From an uncultured delta proteobacterium (lineage in GTDB: Bacteria; Myxococcota_A; Polyangia; Polyangiales; Polyangiaceae): a DNA stretch of 64,000 bases. Of this stretch, positions 50,091 through 58,608 are shown one piece after another (the first letter of the stretch is position 1; the number at the start of each line of letters is the position of its first letter). The DNA lies in contig CAVQUB010000017.1 in the NCBI GenBank assembly GCA_963716725.1, forward strand, positions 19,863-83,862. Direction: 5' to 3'. The notes below the pieces were generated by a model. It did not search any database. It was not told the DNA's origin and was given only the letters and a program-made list of their open reading frames with translations. A program made the position numbers and the translations under genes.

Positions 50091-51110
50091 GTGTCGCCGG
50101 ATCGGAGCTTGAGTCACGTGCTCGGGGCCGGGGCGCGCTTCTTGGGCCTCCTCATCCGCGGCCAAGCCCGCCTCGGCGTGCCTACGGGCACCTACGCACG
50201 CGCGCTCGCGGTGGCCGTTCGCCCACACTTCTTCGTGCTGCCCTGCGCCGCGTGTCTCGCGGGGGCCGCAGTCGCGCCCGGGCCTGCGAGCCTCGCTCGC
50301 GTCGGCGTTGCAGCGGTCGCGGTGGGAGTCGCGTGGGGCGTCGGGCAGCTGCTCAATGACCTGGTCGATCTGGAAGCTGACGCCGTCGATGCGCCCGATC
50401 GGCCCGCGGTGCGCGGGCTCCTCCCGGAAGGACCCACCGCGCTCGTCGCGGTTGCGCTGGGCGTAGCCGTGACTGTCGCCCTGGCACTCACGCACCCTCT
50501 CGGATGGCTGCTCGCGATCGTCAGCGCGGCGCTCATGCTCGTCTACTCGCCGGCCAAGGGCATACCTGCGCTCGGCAACCTGACCCACGGCGCGCTCATG
50601 GCCTGGCTCTGCCTGGTCGGTGCCGGGGTCGCCGCTCCCCGAGTCGATCTCATCGGCGTCGCTCGAGAAGCGTGGCCGGCCATCGCCTGCGTGGGGGCCT
50701 TGGCCGCGCTTTACCTGCAAGGCAACTACGAGAAGGACCGCGCCGGCGATGCGCGGGCGGGATACCGCACGCTGGCGACGCTGCTCGGAGTCCGCGGCAG
50801 TGCGCTGGTGCGGGTCGCGGTGGGCGCGGCGATCTACGGTCTCGGGTGGCGCGCGGATCTGGTGGCGAGCCCCACTGCGCTGGGATTGTGGGCGCTCTCG
50901 GCGGCGCTGCTGCTCGCGTCGGTCGCACGAGCCGCCACGGGTGGCGATGGCGCGAGCGCGCTGTCCGGTTATCGGTTCACGGTGCACTCGACCGCGACGG
51001 GGCTCATTGCGCTGACGCCGCAGGCGCTGGGCCCGGGCGGGGCGGTGGCTCTCTTGGCGTTTGCCACGCTGTTGATCGAGATCGCGTTCCGGCAGTCGCG
51101 AAACCCCTGA
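50091..51110 (+). CDS. UbiA family prenyltransferase
   Basis: NDLVDLEADAVDAPDRP...G and KD..GD...GYRTLA Asp-rich motifs; multiple TM helices. Confidence 0.85.
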   Translation: MSPDRSLSHVLGAGARFLGLLIRGQARLGVPTGTYARALAVAVRPHFFVLPCAACLAGAAVAPGPASLARVGVAAVAVGVAWGVGQLLNDLVDLEADAVDAPDRPAVRGLLPEGPTALVAVALGVAVTVALALTHPLGWLLAIVSAALMLVYSPAKGIPALGNLTHGALMAWLCLVGAGVAAPRVDLIGVAREAWPAIACVGALAALYLQGNYEKDRAGDARAGYRTLATLLGVRGSALVRVAVGAAIYGLGWRADLVASPTALGLWALSAALLLASVARAATGGDGASALSGYRFTVHSTATGLIALTPQALGPGGAVALLAFATLLIEIAFRQSRNP

Positions 51111-51155
51111 GCAGTCATTGACAGGGGCTGCGCGGCTTGATGGCATGCGAGCGTC

Positions 51156-51872
51156 ATGCTGCCCGAGCTTCCCATCGTCTATCGTCGAGCGCAGGCGTTC
51201 ATTTTGGCGCTGCCCGCACCGACCCGTGCGCTCCGCGCCCTGTTGCCCGATCCGCGCCTGACGCCCATCGAGGTGTGGCCGGGCACGTCCGCACTGACAG
51301 CGGTCGCATTCGAGTACGAAGACACCAGCATCGGACCTTACCGTGAGGCCGCGCTCTCGGTGCCGTGCCGTTGGGATTGCCGGGCGAACGTCCCGCTCTT
51401 GCCGCTCATCGCCGAGAAACACCTGAAGGACGTCGGCCACTGGGTGCAGCTCTTGCCGGTGACCACCTCGGCGGCGGACGAAGCTGGCCGCGGCATTTGG
51501 GGATATCCGAAGTTCGTGGCTCAGATCGAGATCGAGCAGACCGCGTCGACGATGCGCTGCCGGGTGCTCGAAGCCGGGCAGCTGGTCTTCGGCTTCGAGA
51601 TCGACCGTCCCGGGCCGTCGCGTCCCATGCGTTTCCCCGTTCGCACCTACTCGCTCCTCGACGACGAGATCCACTTTACCGAGATCGACGTCGACGCGGT
51701 CGGTGCCCGGCGGTTCTTGGGGGCGCGCGGCTCTCTCGAGCTGGGAAGTCACCCGCGGCTCGCTGGACTGCCACCGATCCACCGGATCGGATCGCGCGCG
51801 CTGGAGACACGCTGGTTCGACGAGTACCGGCTGGAGCTGGACCGCGCCAGCACGCGCTACCGCCGGCGCTGA
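51156..51872 (+). CDS. Acetoacetate decarboxylase family protein
   Basis: FEYEDTSIGPYRE, LPVT, GRGIWGYPK. Confidence 0.82.
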   Translation: MLPELPIVYRRAQAFILALPAPTRALRALLPDPRLTPIEVWPGTSALTAVAFEYEDTSIGPYREAALSVPCRWDCRANVPLLPLIAEKHLKDVGHWVQLLPVTTSAADEAGRGIWGYPKFVAQIEIEQTASTMRCRVLEAGQLVFGFEIDRPGPSRPMRFPVRTYSLLDDEIHFTEIDVDAVGARRFLGARGSLELGSHPRLAGLPPIHRIGSRALETRWFDEYRLELDRASTRYRRR

Positions 51873-51912
51873 GGCTGGCCGCCGATTGTGTTCCCCCAGG
51901 CCATCGCCCACC

Positions 51913-52791
51913 ATGGACCCGATGCGCCTCTGCCCCAGCTCTGCCTGGCTCGCGTTGGTGCTCGCCGGGTCGGCGAGCACTTGCCATCGAGCGGGTGGGC
52001 CCCAGGATGCCGGAGGGCTGCCCCTGCCCTCCGCCGAAGCGTCGCCGGCGCCCGAGCCAGGGCCGGACGCGTCGGGACCCGTGGTGGCCCATGGGTCCGC
52101 CCTGGTGGGCAACCTCGTGCTGAATGAGCGCTTCAGCATCACGCACCCGTCGGAGTACTGCCTCGACGACGGACATGTGTACGCAGGTGCGCCCGCTCGC
52201 ATCGGCAAACGCAATCTGTTTACGACCGAGTCGGTCAGCGATCTGGCGGGCAAGGTCGTGGTGGCGAGTGGTTCACACGAGCCTTCGCTCTTTGCTGCGC
52301 TGCGCAGGCAGGGCACGTGTCCGTCGGATTACGGGGCCAACCCCCGGGAGCTGCCTCAGATGCGGAGTGACTGGGTGAGTCCGGAGGGCGGCTTCGCGAC
52401 GACCCGGGCCAAGCTCGAGAAGCTCTCCGCCTTCCGCGCGCGCGACCTCCGCGTGGTGAGCCTCGGCCGCGAGCTGGGCCGAGCCGAGGGCCGAGTGGTG
52501 GTCGAACTCGAGAACTCCTTCGCGGTCGCCCTCGACACGCTCTCGGCCGTCGCACACTACGAGGGCGGACCCGGAAAGCCGATGCCGCTTCGTGAGAAGA
52601 TCACGCTCTCGCTCCCGCCGGGCGGAACGCAGCGCGTCGAGCTCAGCCTGCAGATCGAGGCTGGGCCTGCGGGACAGTCGACCGGTTCGCCCCGCGGACT
52701 CTATCGCCTACAATCCATCGATTTCGTGGGGCAAGTGGGCCAGTTCGACTTCGACGCCAGCCTGTGGCTCGGCTCGAAGAGCGGGCGATGA
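51913..52791 (+). CDS. Hypothetical exported protein/lipoprotein
   Basis: Hydrophobic signal ending ASTC, Pro-rich linker. Confidence 0.6.
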   Translation: MDPMRLCPSSAWLALVLAGSASTCHRAGGPQDAGGLPLPSAEASPAPEPGPDASGPVVAHGSALVGNLVLNERFSITHPSEYCLDDGHVYAGAPARIGKRNLFTTESVSDLAGKVVVASGSHEPSLFAALRRQGTCPSDYGANPRELPQMRSDWVSPEGGFATTRAKLEKLSAFRARDLRVVSLGRELGRAEGRVVVELENSFAVALDTLSAVAHYEGGPGKPMPLREKITLSLPPGGTQRVELSLQIEAGPAGQSTGSPRGLYRLQSIDFVGQVGQFDFDASLWLGSKSGR

Positions 52792-52801
52792 CGAGGGCGG
52801 A

Positions 52802-53482
52802 CTAGCGCGGCGTCAACGCGGCGTGCAAGCGCGTGGCGTTTGCTGCCTCGAAGCGCCTCTCAATCACGATGCGATAGGTCGTGGCCTCCGCCCCGTAGTA
52901 CGCGCGGTTGAACTCCTGTCGCGAGGCGACCACCGTCCCGTCCAGGGAGACTCCTGCAAAGATGCCTCCGACGTCGACCAGTTGCACGATGTCTCTTGAT
53001 GCGCTCTTGCCGCGAGCCTCGCCGCTGTCGCCCATGGTGCCGGCAGCCACGGACGTGTCGGTGCCCAGCGTGACGCCATTGTTGATGGCGCCGACCAGCG
53101 CCGCCTCCGTCATCAAGAACAGAATCACGGTGGCCTCTTGATAGCCAATCTGCGCACCCAAGCTGCCGGCTCCGAGGGAGTAGAAGGCCGGCGCGCTCCA
53201 GCGACCTTGATCGTCCTTTGACAGGAGAACGCCGTTGCCGCCCTCGCCACCGAAGATGAGGCCGGCCTTGATCAGTCGCGGGAAGACCAGCACGCCCCGG
53301 GCCTGCCTCAAGTGCTGCTCCAGCGTGGAGAACTGGCCGCTCGAGCGCATGCGGTCGACGGCCAGCGCAGAGCGATCCACGATCTGCTGCTGCGGGGACT
53401 CGGCGGGGGAGGTAGGCGCGGCGTCGCGGGCGCAGGCGACGGCGAGACTCGAAGCGACGAGGATGAATTCGCGGCGGAGCAT
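52802..53482 (-). CDS. Lipid-binding SYLF (Ysc84-like) domain lipoprotein
   Basis: KAGLIFGGEGGNGV, WSAPAF, GAQIG, GIFAGVSLDG, NRAYYG. Confidence 0.88.
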   Translation of the reverse strand: MLRREFILVASSLAVACARDAAPTSPAESPQQQIVDRSALAVDRMRSSGQFSTLEQHLRQARGVLVFPRLIKAGLIFGGEGGNGVLLSKDDQGRWSAPAFYSLGAGSLGAQIGYQEATVILFLMTEAALVGAINNGVTLGTDTSVAAGTMGDSGEARGKSASRDIVQLVDVGGIFAGVSLDGTVVASRQEFNRAYYGAEATTYRIVIERRFEAANATRLHAALTPR

Positions 53483-53574
53483 GCCGCCAAGCTAACGCCG
53501 GAATCCAGGCCGGCACGCGCGATGTTTGCGCTTCTGGCCCGGCCGACCGGTGGAGTGCGGCATGATGCGGCCCC

Positions 53575-54267
53575 GTGGACGCAGCTCCGATCACCGCGAT
53601 CCTCCGTACCTTGAGCTTTCGCGGCACGGCGGCCGAGGTCGGTCGGCTCGGAAACCGGCACCTGGCGGTCGCCCTCGCCTGCACCTGGGTCGTCGGGATC
53701 GGGCGCTGGTGGGACGATCCGAAAGCGAGCCTGCTTCAGCACCTAGGTCTCGGTTCGGTAGTCTACGTGTTTGTGCTCGCGGCGCTGCTCTGGCTCGTCA
53801 TCTGGCCGCTCGCGCCGCGCGTGCTGTCCTACAAGACCGCGCTCACCTTCGTCGCCATGACGTCCCCGCCAGCGATCCTCTACGCGATCCCGGTCGAACG
53901 GTTCCTCTCGCTGCGCGTCGCGGGGCAGCTCAACCTCTGGTTTCTCGCGATCGTCGCGACTTGGCGGGTAGCGCTCTTGCTCAGGTTTTTGTCGTCGGTG
54001 CCGGCCGTCGGCACCGTCAAGGGCATCATCGTCGCGCTGTTGCCGCTCTCCGCCATCGTCACGGCGCTGACCGCGCTCAACCTTCACCGCGTCGTGTTCA
54101 GTATCATGGGCGGCATTGCGGAGAATGAACGTTCGGTGCACGACGACGCCTACGGTGTGCTCCTGATGCTCACCGTCGTCTCGATGATGGCCCTGCCCGT
54201 CCTGCTCCTGAGCTACGGAGCCAGCATTCTTCACTCGTGGAAGTTGCGGAAGGCGGCGCGTCGATGA
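53575..54267 (+). CDS. Hypothetical membrane protein
   Basis: About 6 TM helices; GRWWD, PAILYAIPVE motifs. Confidence 0.72.
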   Translation: MDAAPITAILRTLSFRGTAAEVGRLGNRHLAVALACTWVVGIGRWWDDPKASLLQHLGLGSVVYVFVLAALLWLVIWPLAPRVLSYKTALTFVAMTSPPAILYAIPVERFLSLRVAGQLNLWFLAIVATWRVALLLRFLSSVPAVGTVKGIIVALLPLSAIVTALTALNLHRVVFSIMGGIAENERSVHDDAYGVLLMLTVVSMMALPVLLLSYGASILHSWKLRKAARR

Positions 54268-54298
54268 TCACCCGGGGGAAAGCGCGGCGTGGCTCAGC

Positions 54299-56251
54299 TC
54301 ACTTCGGCGACAGCGCGACCGCTTTGGTCCAGAACGGGCTGACGTACTGCTGGTTGATCACCTGGCCGGGCACCCAGAAAGGCGCTCTGCTGGGGTCCAG
54401 ATTGCCCGCCGCGAGCTGGTTCTTGTCGACCGCCATGATCCAGATGTGCTTGCACTGCTTTTGGCCCTGAACCAGCCCGCACTGGGCGTTTTCAGCGCTC
54501 GCCGCCGTCAGTCGGTGGCCGTAGGGCCGCTCTGACGCGAAGGCCAGCCACATGTAGCGCGAGCCGATGGCCGGGGCCCACTGCGGCCAGGTGCTGCTCC
54601 AGACCTTGCCCGGGCCGCTCGAGCCCGCGGCGAGCTCGAAGACGGTGCCGTCGCTCCGCCGAACGACGGCGATGCGTCCGCTGAGGTTGACCAGAGTCTG
54701 CTGGGTCTTGATCGACCACCAGCCGCTGGCGCGCGTGAACGCTACGCCGCTGCCGTCCGGCGAGATCGCGGGCAAGACGTTGTTCTGCCCGGTGTCGGGA
54801 TCGCTGTCCGGGGTCTGAACCAAGACCTTGGGCGCGCCGAAGGTGAACGACTTCGCCGTGCCGTCGTAGCTCACGCTCGCCTCCACCAGGCTGCCCAGGG
54901 TCACGTCGTCGCCGACCTCGCGCACGAAGTGTTTGTCGCCGGGGTAGGCGGTGAACACCACGGTGTCGCCGGAGGACGACCAGTCGGGCATCAGGCTGTG
55001 GTGACCGACGCCGCCGGGGATCGCGGCAATGGTCTGATCGATGTTGCTCGGCACGACCTGATTGTCGTCGGGATCGACGAGCTTCAGCGTGACGTTGCCG
55101 GCGGCGTTCTGCGGCACGTCGTCGGGGACGCTGAGCAGCATGGCGGGGCGCTGGGTGCTCTCTTTGGGATTGAAGGCCGCGTAGGTCCCGCGCACGCCGG
55201 CTGTCGGTGCGATTTTGGTCTTGAAGCTCTTCGTCGCCTCGTCGTAGGCGAGGGTGCCGATCTGGAACTGAGTACTGTTGAACGAGTACGAGAATCGCTT
55301 TCCGTCCCGTGACACGCGGTGACATCCGGAGCAGGGTTGGCCGGGCCCCAGCGCGGGGCTGTCGTTCGGAAGCGGTACTTCGAGCTGATTGACCACGTCG
55401 ATGACCGCGAAGGCGCCTTTCGAGGTGACCCAGACGTACAGCACGCTCTCGTCGATCTCGTCCCCGCTCAGGACGAGCGTCCTCGGCTGACTCTTGCGCA
55501 CCATGCCGCCGCCGAGACCTTCGACGGTCAGCTCGATGTCCGCATCCGGGGCAGACTTGGCCATCGCCTTCCAGTTGGCCTCGGGGAACTCGAGCTCGCG
55601 CGCGGTGGTGTAGAACGCCAAATCGAGCACGCCGGCTGAAGTGACTCGAAGGCGGTAGGTGGCGTTGTCGGAGGCGAGGCTCCACTGCGCCTCGACCGCG
55701 GGCAGGTTGCCGGGCAACACGCTCCCGTCTTCGGGGTACTCGAGGCTCGGCGCGTTGGCCGGGTTGGGATCGGCCGTGGCAGCGTCGAAGGCGCTCTTGG
55801 TGGTGGCGTCGGTGCCACTGAGGAACACGTTGCCTTGGAGCAACACGCTGAGATCGGCGCTGGCTTTTGCGCCGGACCAGCTGGCCGTGATCTTTGCAGC
55901 ACCGCCGCCGCCAGCAAGCTGAAGTGAGCCCGAAGCCCCGAAGGAGCCGAGCCCGGGGTTCGACAGCGTCCACTCTGCCTCCCCCGTGACCTCCTGTTCG
56001 CTGCCTCCGGTCGTGGACTTCGCGAAGGCCTTGTACGCCAGGCTGGTGGCCGGCTGCCCCAGGGTGACGGTGGCCTGGGTCGTGAGGGGCTCGATCCGGA
56101 GGGAGTAACTCGGGGCGTTCTGATCGCCGCTCGCGTCACTGACCGTTCCACCGCTGCCCCCGGAGTTGCTCGCGACACCGCTGTCGTCGTCGCTGCAAGC
56201 CGCCAGCAGCGCCGCCGCAATGACCGTCACCCAAACGACTTGTCCGCGCAT
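54299..56251 (-). CDS. Lipoprotein with Ig-like domain and TolB/PD40-like beta-propeller
   Basis: Lipobox LAAC; PDWSSSG, PAISPDG, WPQWAP, WLAFASERPYG, PFWVPGQ. Confidence 0.78.
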   Translation of the reverse strand: MRGQVVWVTVIAAALLAACSDDDSGVASNSGGSGGTVSDASGDQNAPSYSLRIEPLTTQATVTLGQPATSLAYKAFAKSTTGGSEQEVTGEAEWTLSNPGLGSFGASGSLQLAGGGGAAKITASWSGAKASADLSVLLQGNVFLSGTDATTKSAFDAATADPNPANAPSLEYPEDGSVLPGNLPAVEAQWSLASDNATYRLRVTSAGVLDLAFYTTARELEFPEANWKAMAKSAPDADIELTVEGLGGGMVRKSQPRTLVLSGDEIDESVLYVWVTSKGAFAVIDVVNQLEVPLPNDSPALGPGQPCSGCHRVSRDGKRFSYSFNSTQFQIGTLAYDEATKSFKTKIAPTAGVRGTYAAFNPKESTQRPAMLLSVPDDVPQNAAGNVTLKLVDPDDNQVVPSNIDQTIAAIPGGVGHHSLMPDWSSSGDTVVFTAYPGDKHFVREVGDDVTLGSLVEASVSYDGTAKSFTFGAPKVLVQTPDSDPDTGQNNVLPAISPDGSGVAFTRASGWWSIKTQQTLVNLSGRIAVVRRSDGTVFELAAGSSGPGKVWSSTWPQWAPAIGSRYMWLAFASERPYGHRLTAASAENAQCGLVQGQKQCKHIWIMAVDKNQLAAGNLDPSRAPFWVPGQVINQQYVSPFWTKAVALSPK

Positions 56252-56514
56252 GGGCGCATTCTACGGGCCTTTTCCCGCCGGAGCCGAGGAATCAGCGTGC
56301 CGCCCTGCGGGCCCTTCGCTCGCTTTGGTTCGCCCCCTGGAAGTCGCCGCCACCGCGATCTGAATGCTGCGTTCGTGCGGGTCGATCACCATCGACATGA
56401 TGCTCGCGGTCATCGCATCGCCATGAACGCAGGTGGTGTTCGGCTATCGGTGATCGAGGCCAAAGTCGGGGCCTTCGCGTTTGCGGCTCGGGCCGCGAGC
56501 GGCTACCGTCGGCG

Positions 56515-57882
56515 GTGATGTTGGGGTCAGGTGGCGTGGGGCTCGGATTTCGTCCCGAGCTTGCAGCAGACTTGCTGCGTTCGCCCGAGGTCGTGGATTT
56601 CGTCGAGGTGGTCGCCGAGAGTTGCTTCGTGCAGCCGGCGGCTCGGCGCGAGGCCCAGGCGCTGGCCCAGATCTGGCCGGTCGTGCCCCACGGCGTGAAG
56701 CTCTCGCTGGGCTCGGCCGAAGGCATCGATCTCGAGCGCGCGCGCGCGCTCGGCGCGCTGGCACGCACGCTTCGGGCGCCGGTGATCAGCGAGCACGTAG
56801 CCTTCGTGCGCAGCGGGGACCGCGAGATCGGCCACCTGACGGCGGTGCCCTGCACGCGTGCGGCCCTCGACGTCGTGGTTCGCAACGTGGCACAGGCCCG
56901 GAGGTCCTTGCCCGACGTCCCCCTGCTGCTCGAGAACGTGGCCTGGTCCTTCGCTTGGCCCGACTCCGAGATGCACGAGGGCGAGTTCTACTCGGAGGTC
57001 GCGCGTCGGACCGGCTGCCCACTGCTCCTGGACGTGAGCAACGCCTACGCCAACGCGGTCAACTCCGGACAAGAGCCGTGGGAGGCGCTCCAGCGCTACC
57101 CCTTGGACCGGGTCGGCATGATCGACCTGGCGGGAGGCGTCTGGGAGCACGGGTTCTACTTCGACGATCACGCTCACGCGGTTCCGGAGCCGGTCTTCGC
57201 AGCCCTCGACCAGGTGCTGGCCGTCACCGGACACATCCCCATTCTGATCGAGCGCGACGCGTCCTTTCCGGCGTTCGCCGAACTCGCGCGGGAGGTCGCC
57301 CGCTGTCGCGAGGCGCAACGCTGGCTGAAGAGCACTCATCGAGAGCCGCGCGCGCCCGCACCCGTGGACCCGCTCGACGAAGCACAGCGAGCCGCACTGG
57401 AGCAGGCCGAAGCCGCCGTCGCGCGCTATCTCACCGACATCGACGAGCCGCCCGCTGAGGCCGTGGCGCGCTTTGGTGCCGAGGCGCTGGCGCGCTCGCG
57501 CGCGATCTTGAAGCGCAAGCGGGTGGACGAGGCGCTGCCCCTCTTGGGCTCGCTCTCGCGTCGAAAGCCCGAACTCGAGCCCCTGGCGCACGCCGTTGTC
57601 GGGTGCACGCCCCGCGTGCCGCGCTTGTGTGCGATCTCGGACGCCTGGCACATTGCCGAGCGGGCGCTGTCGCTGCCTAGCCTGGCGGACGACGCTCGCC
57701 GCGACTGCCTGATCTTCCGCTCGCGATTCACCCGAGATCCATCGACGTTGCAGCTCCAGCCGCGTCGTGCACCCTTCGTGGGGCGCGAGACTCTGGAGGA
57801 CGGCAGCCGCGTCTGGGCGATGAAAGGCCCCGGCTCTCGCTCCCGTGTACGAACCCTGGAAAGGAACCGAGCCCGACCATGA
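56515..57882 (+). CDS. DUF692 / MNIO (MbnB-TglH-ChrH family) multinuclear non-heme iron enzyme with C-terminal extension
   Basis: GLGFRPE, DFVEVVAE, HGVKLSLGS, SEHVAF, LLLENV, LLLDVSN, DDH, IERD. Confidence 0.92.
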   Translation: MMLGSGGVGLGFRPELAADLLRSPEVVDFVEVVAESCFVQPAARREAQALAQIWPVVPHGVKLSLGSAEGIDLERARALGALARTLRAPVISEHVAFVRSGDREIGHLTAVPCTRAALDVVVRNVAQARRSLPDVPLLLENVAWSFAWPDSEMHEGEFYSEVARRTGCPLLLDVSNAYANAVNSGQEPWEALQRYPLDRVGMIDLAGGVWEHGFYFDDHAHAVPEPVFAALDQVLAVTGHIPILIERDASFPAFAELAREVARCREAQRWLKSTHREPRAPAPVDPLDEAQRAALEQAEAAVARYLTDIDEPPAEAVARFGAEALARSRAILKRKRVDEALPLLGSLSRRKPELEPLAHAVVGCTPRVPRLCAISDAWHIAERALSLPSLADDARRDCLIFRSRFTRDPSTLQLQPRRAPFVGRETLEDGSRVWAMKGPGSRSRVRTLERNRARP

Positions 57883-58604
57883 CCGAGCACCCTGCGAAGC
57901 TCTCCGAGAAGCTGCCCGAGGCGATCCGTGCCCGCCTGAATGAGCTGTCGAGCACGCTCGCCACGCAGCTCGGTGACAACCTGGCGGCGCTGCTGGTCTT
58001 CGGCAGCGCCGTGCGCGGCGGCTGGCGAGCAGGCAGCAGCGACGTCGATCTGGTGCTGGTTCTGAAAGATCCGAAGCGGGAAGCGCTCCTGGCCATCGCC
58101 AATACGTTGACCGTTGCGCGCACCGCCTTCCGTTTCGAAGCCGTGATCTTCGGGGCCGACGAGATCCCCCAGGCGGCCGACGTGTTTCCGCTCTTCTACG
58201 ACGACATCAAGAGCTGCCACGTGGTGCTGGCCGGCAAAGATCCCTTCGCCGCCCTCGACATCTCGGATCAGAACCGTCGGTTGCGCATCGAACAAGAGCT
58301 GCGCGAAGAGCAAATCCGACTGCGCCGCGCCGTGGTCGACAGCATGGGTGCGCCCCAGCAGTTGGCCGGCGCAGTCGAGCGCAAGGTCAAGCAGCTTCGA
58401 AGCCCGCTGCACGCGTTGTTCGAGCTGCGTCGCACTCCCGCGTCGAACGACACCCTGCCGGTCTTGCTCGAGAAGGCGACGGAGATCTATGGCGTGGACA
58501 CTTCTGCGCTCTCGAATGCCCGCAAGGATCCCGAGGCTGCGCACGACGCGCTGCAGAAGCTGCTCGACCGCATGATCGAAGAAGTCGATCGGATGGAGAC
58601 CTGA
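57879..58604 (+). CDS. Pol beta-like nucleotidyltransferase with helical C-terminal domain
   Basis: VFGSAVRG...SDVDLVLVL (GS and DxD); ATGA overlap with the DUF692 gene. Confidence 0.82.
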   Translation: MTEHPAKLSEKLPEAIRARLNELSSTLATQLGDNLAALLVFGSAVRGGWRAGSSDVDLVLVLKDPKREALLAIANTLTVARTAFRFEAVIFGADEIPQAADVFPLFYDDIKSCHVVLAGKDPFAALDISDQNRRLRIEQELREEQIRLRRAVVDSMGAPQQLAGAVERKVKQLRSPLHALFELRRTPASNDTLPVLLEKATEIYGVDTSALSNARKDPEAAHDALQKLLDRMIEEVDRMET

Positions 58605-58608
58605 GGCG

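Noticed and set aside
56240..56518. 92-aa ORF just upstream of the MNIO as a possible precursor peptide
   Set aside because: It overlaps the divergent gene start, has only one Cys, lacks a signal peptide or repeats, and has Arg-rich shadow-like composition.
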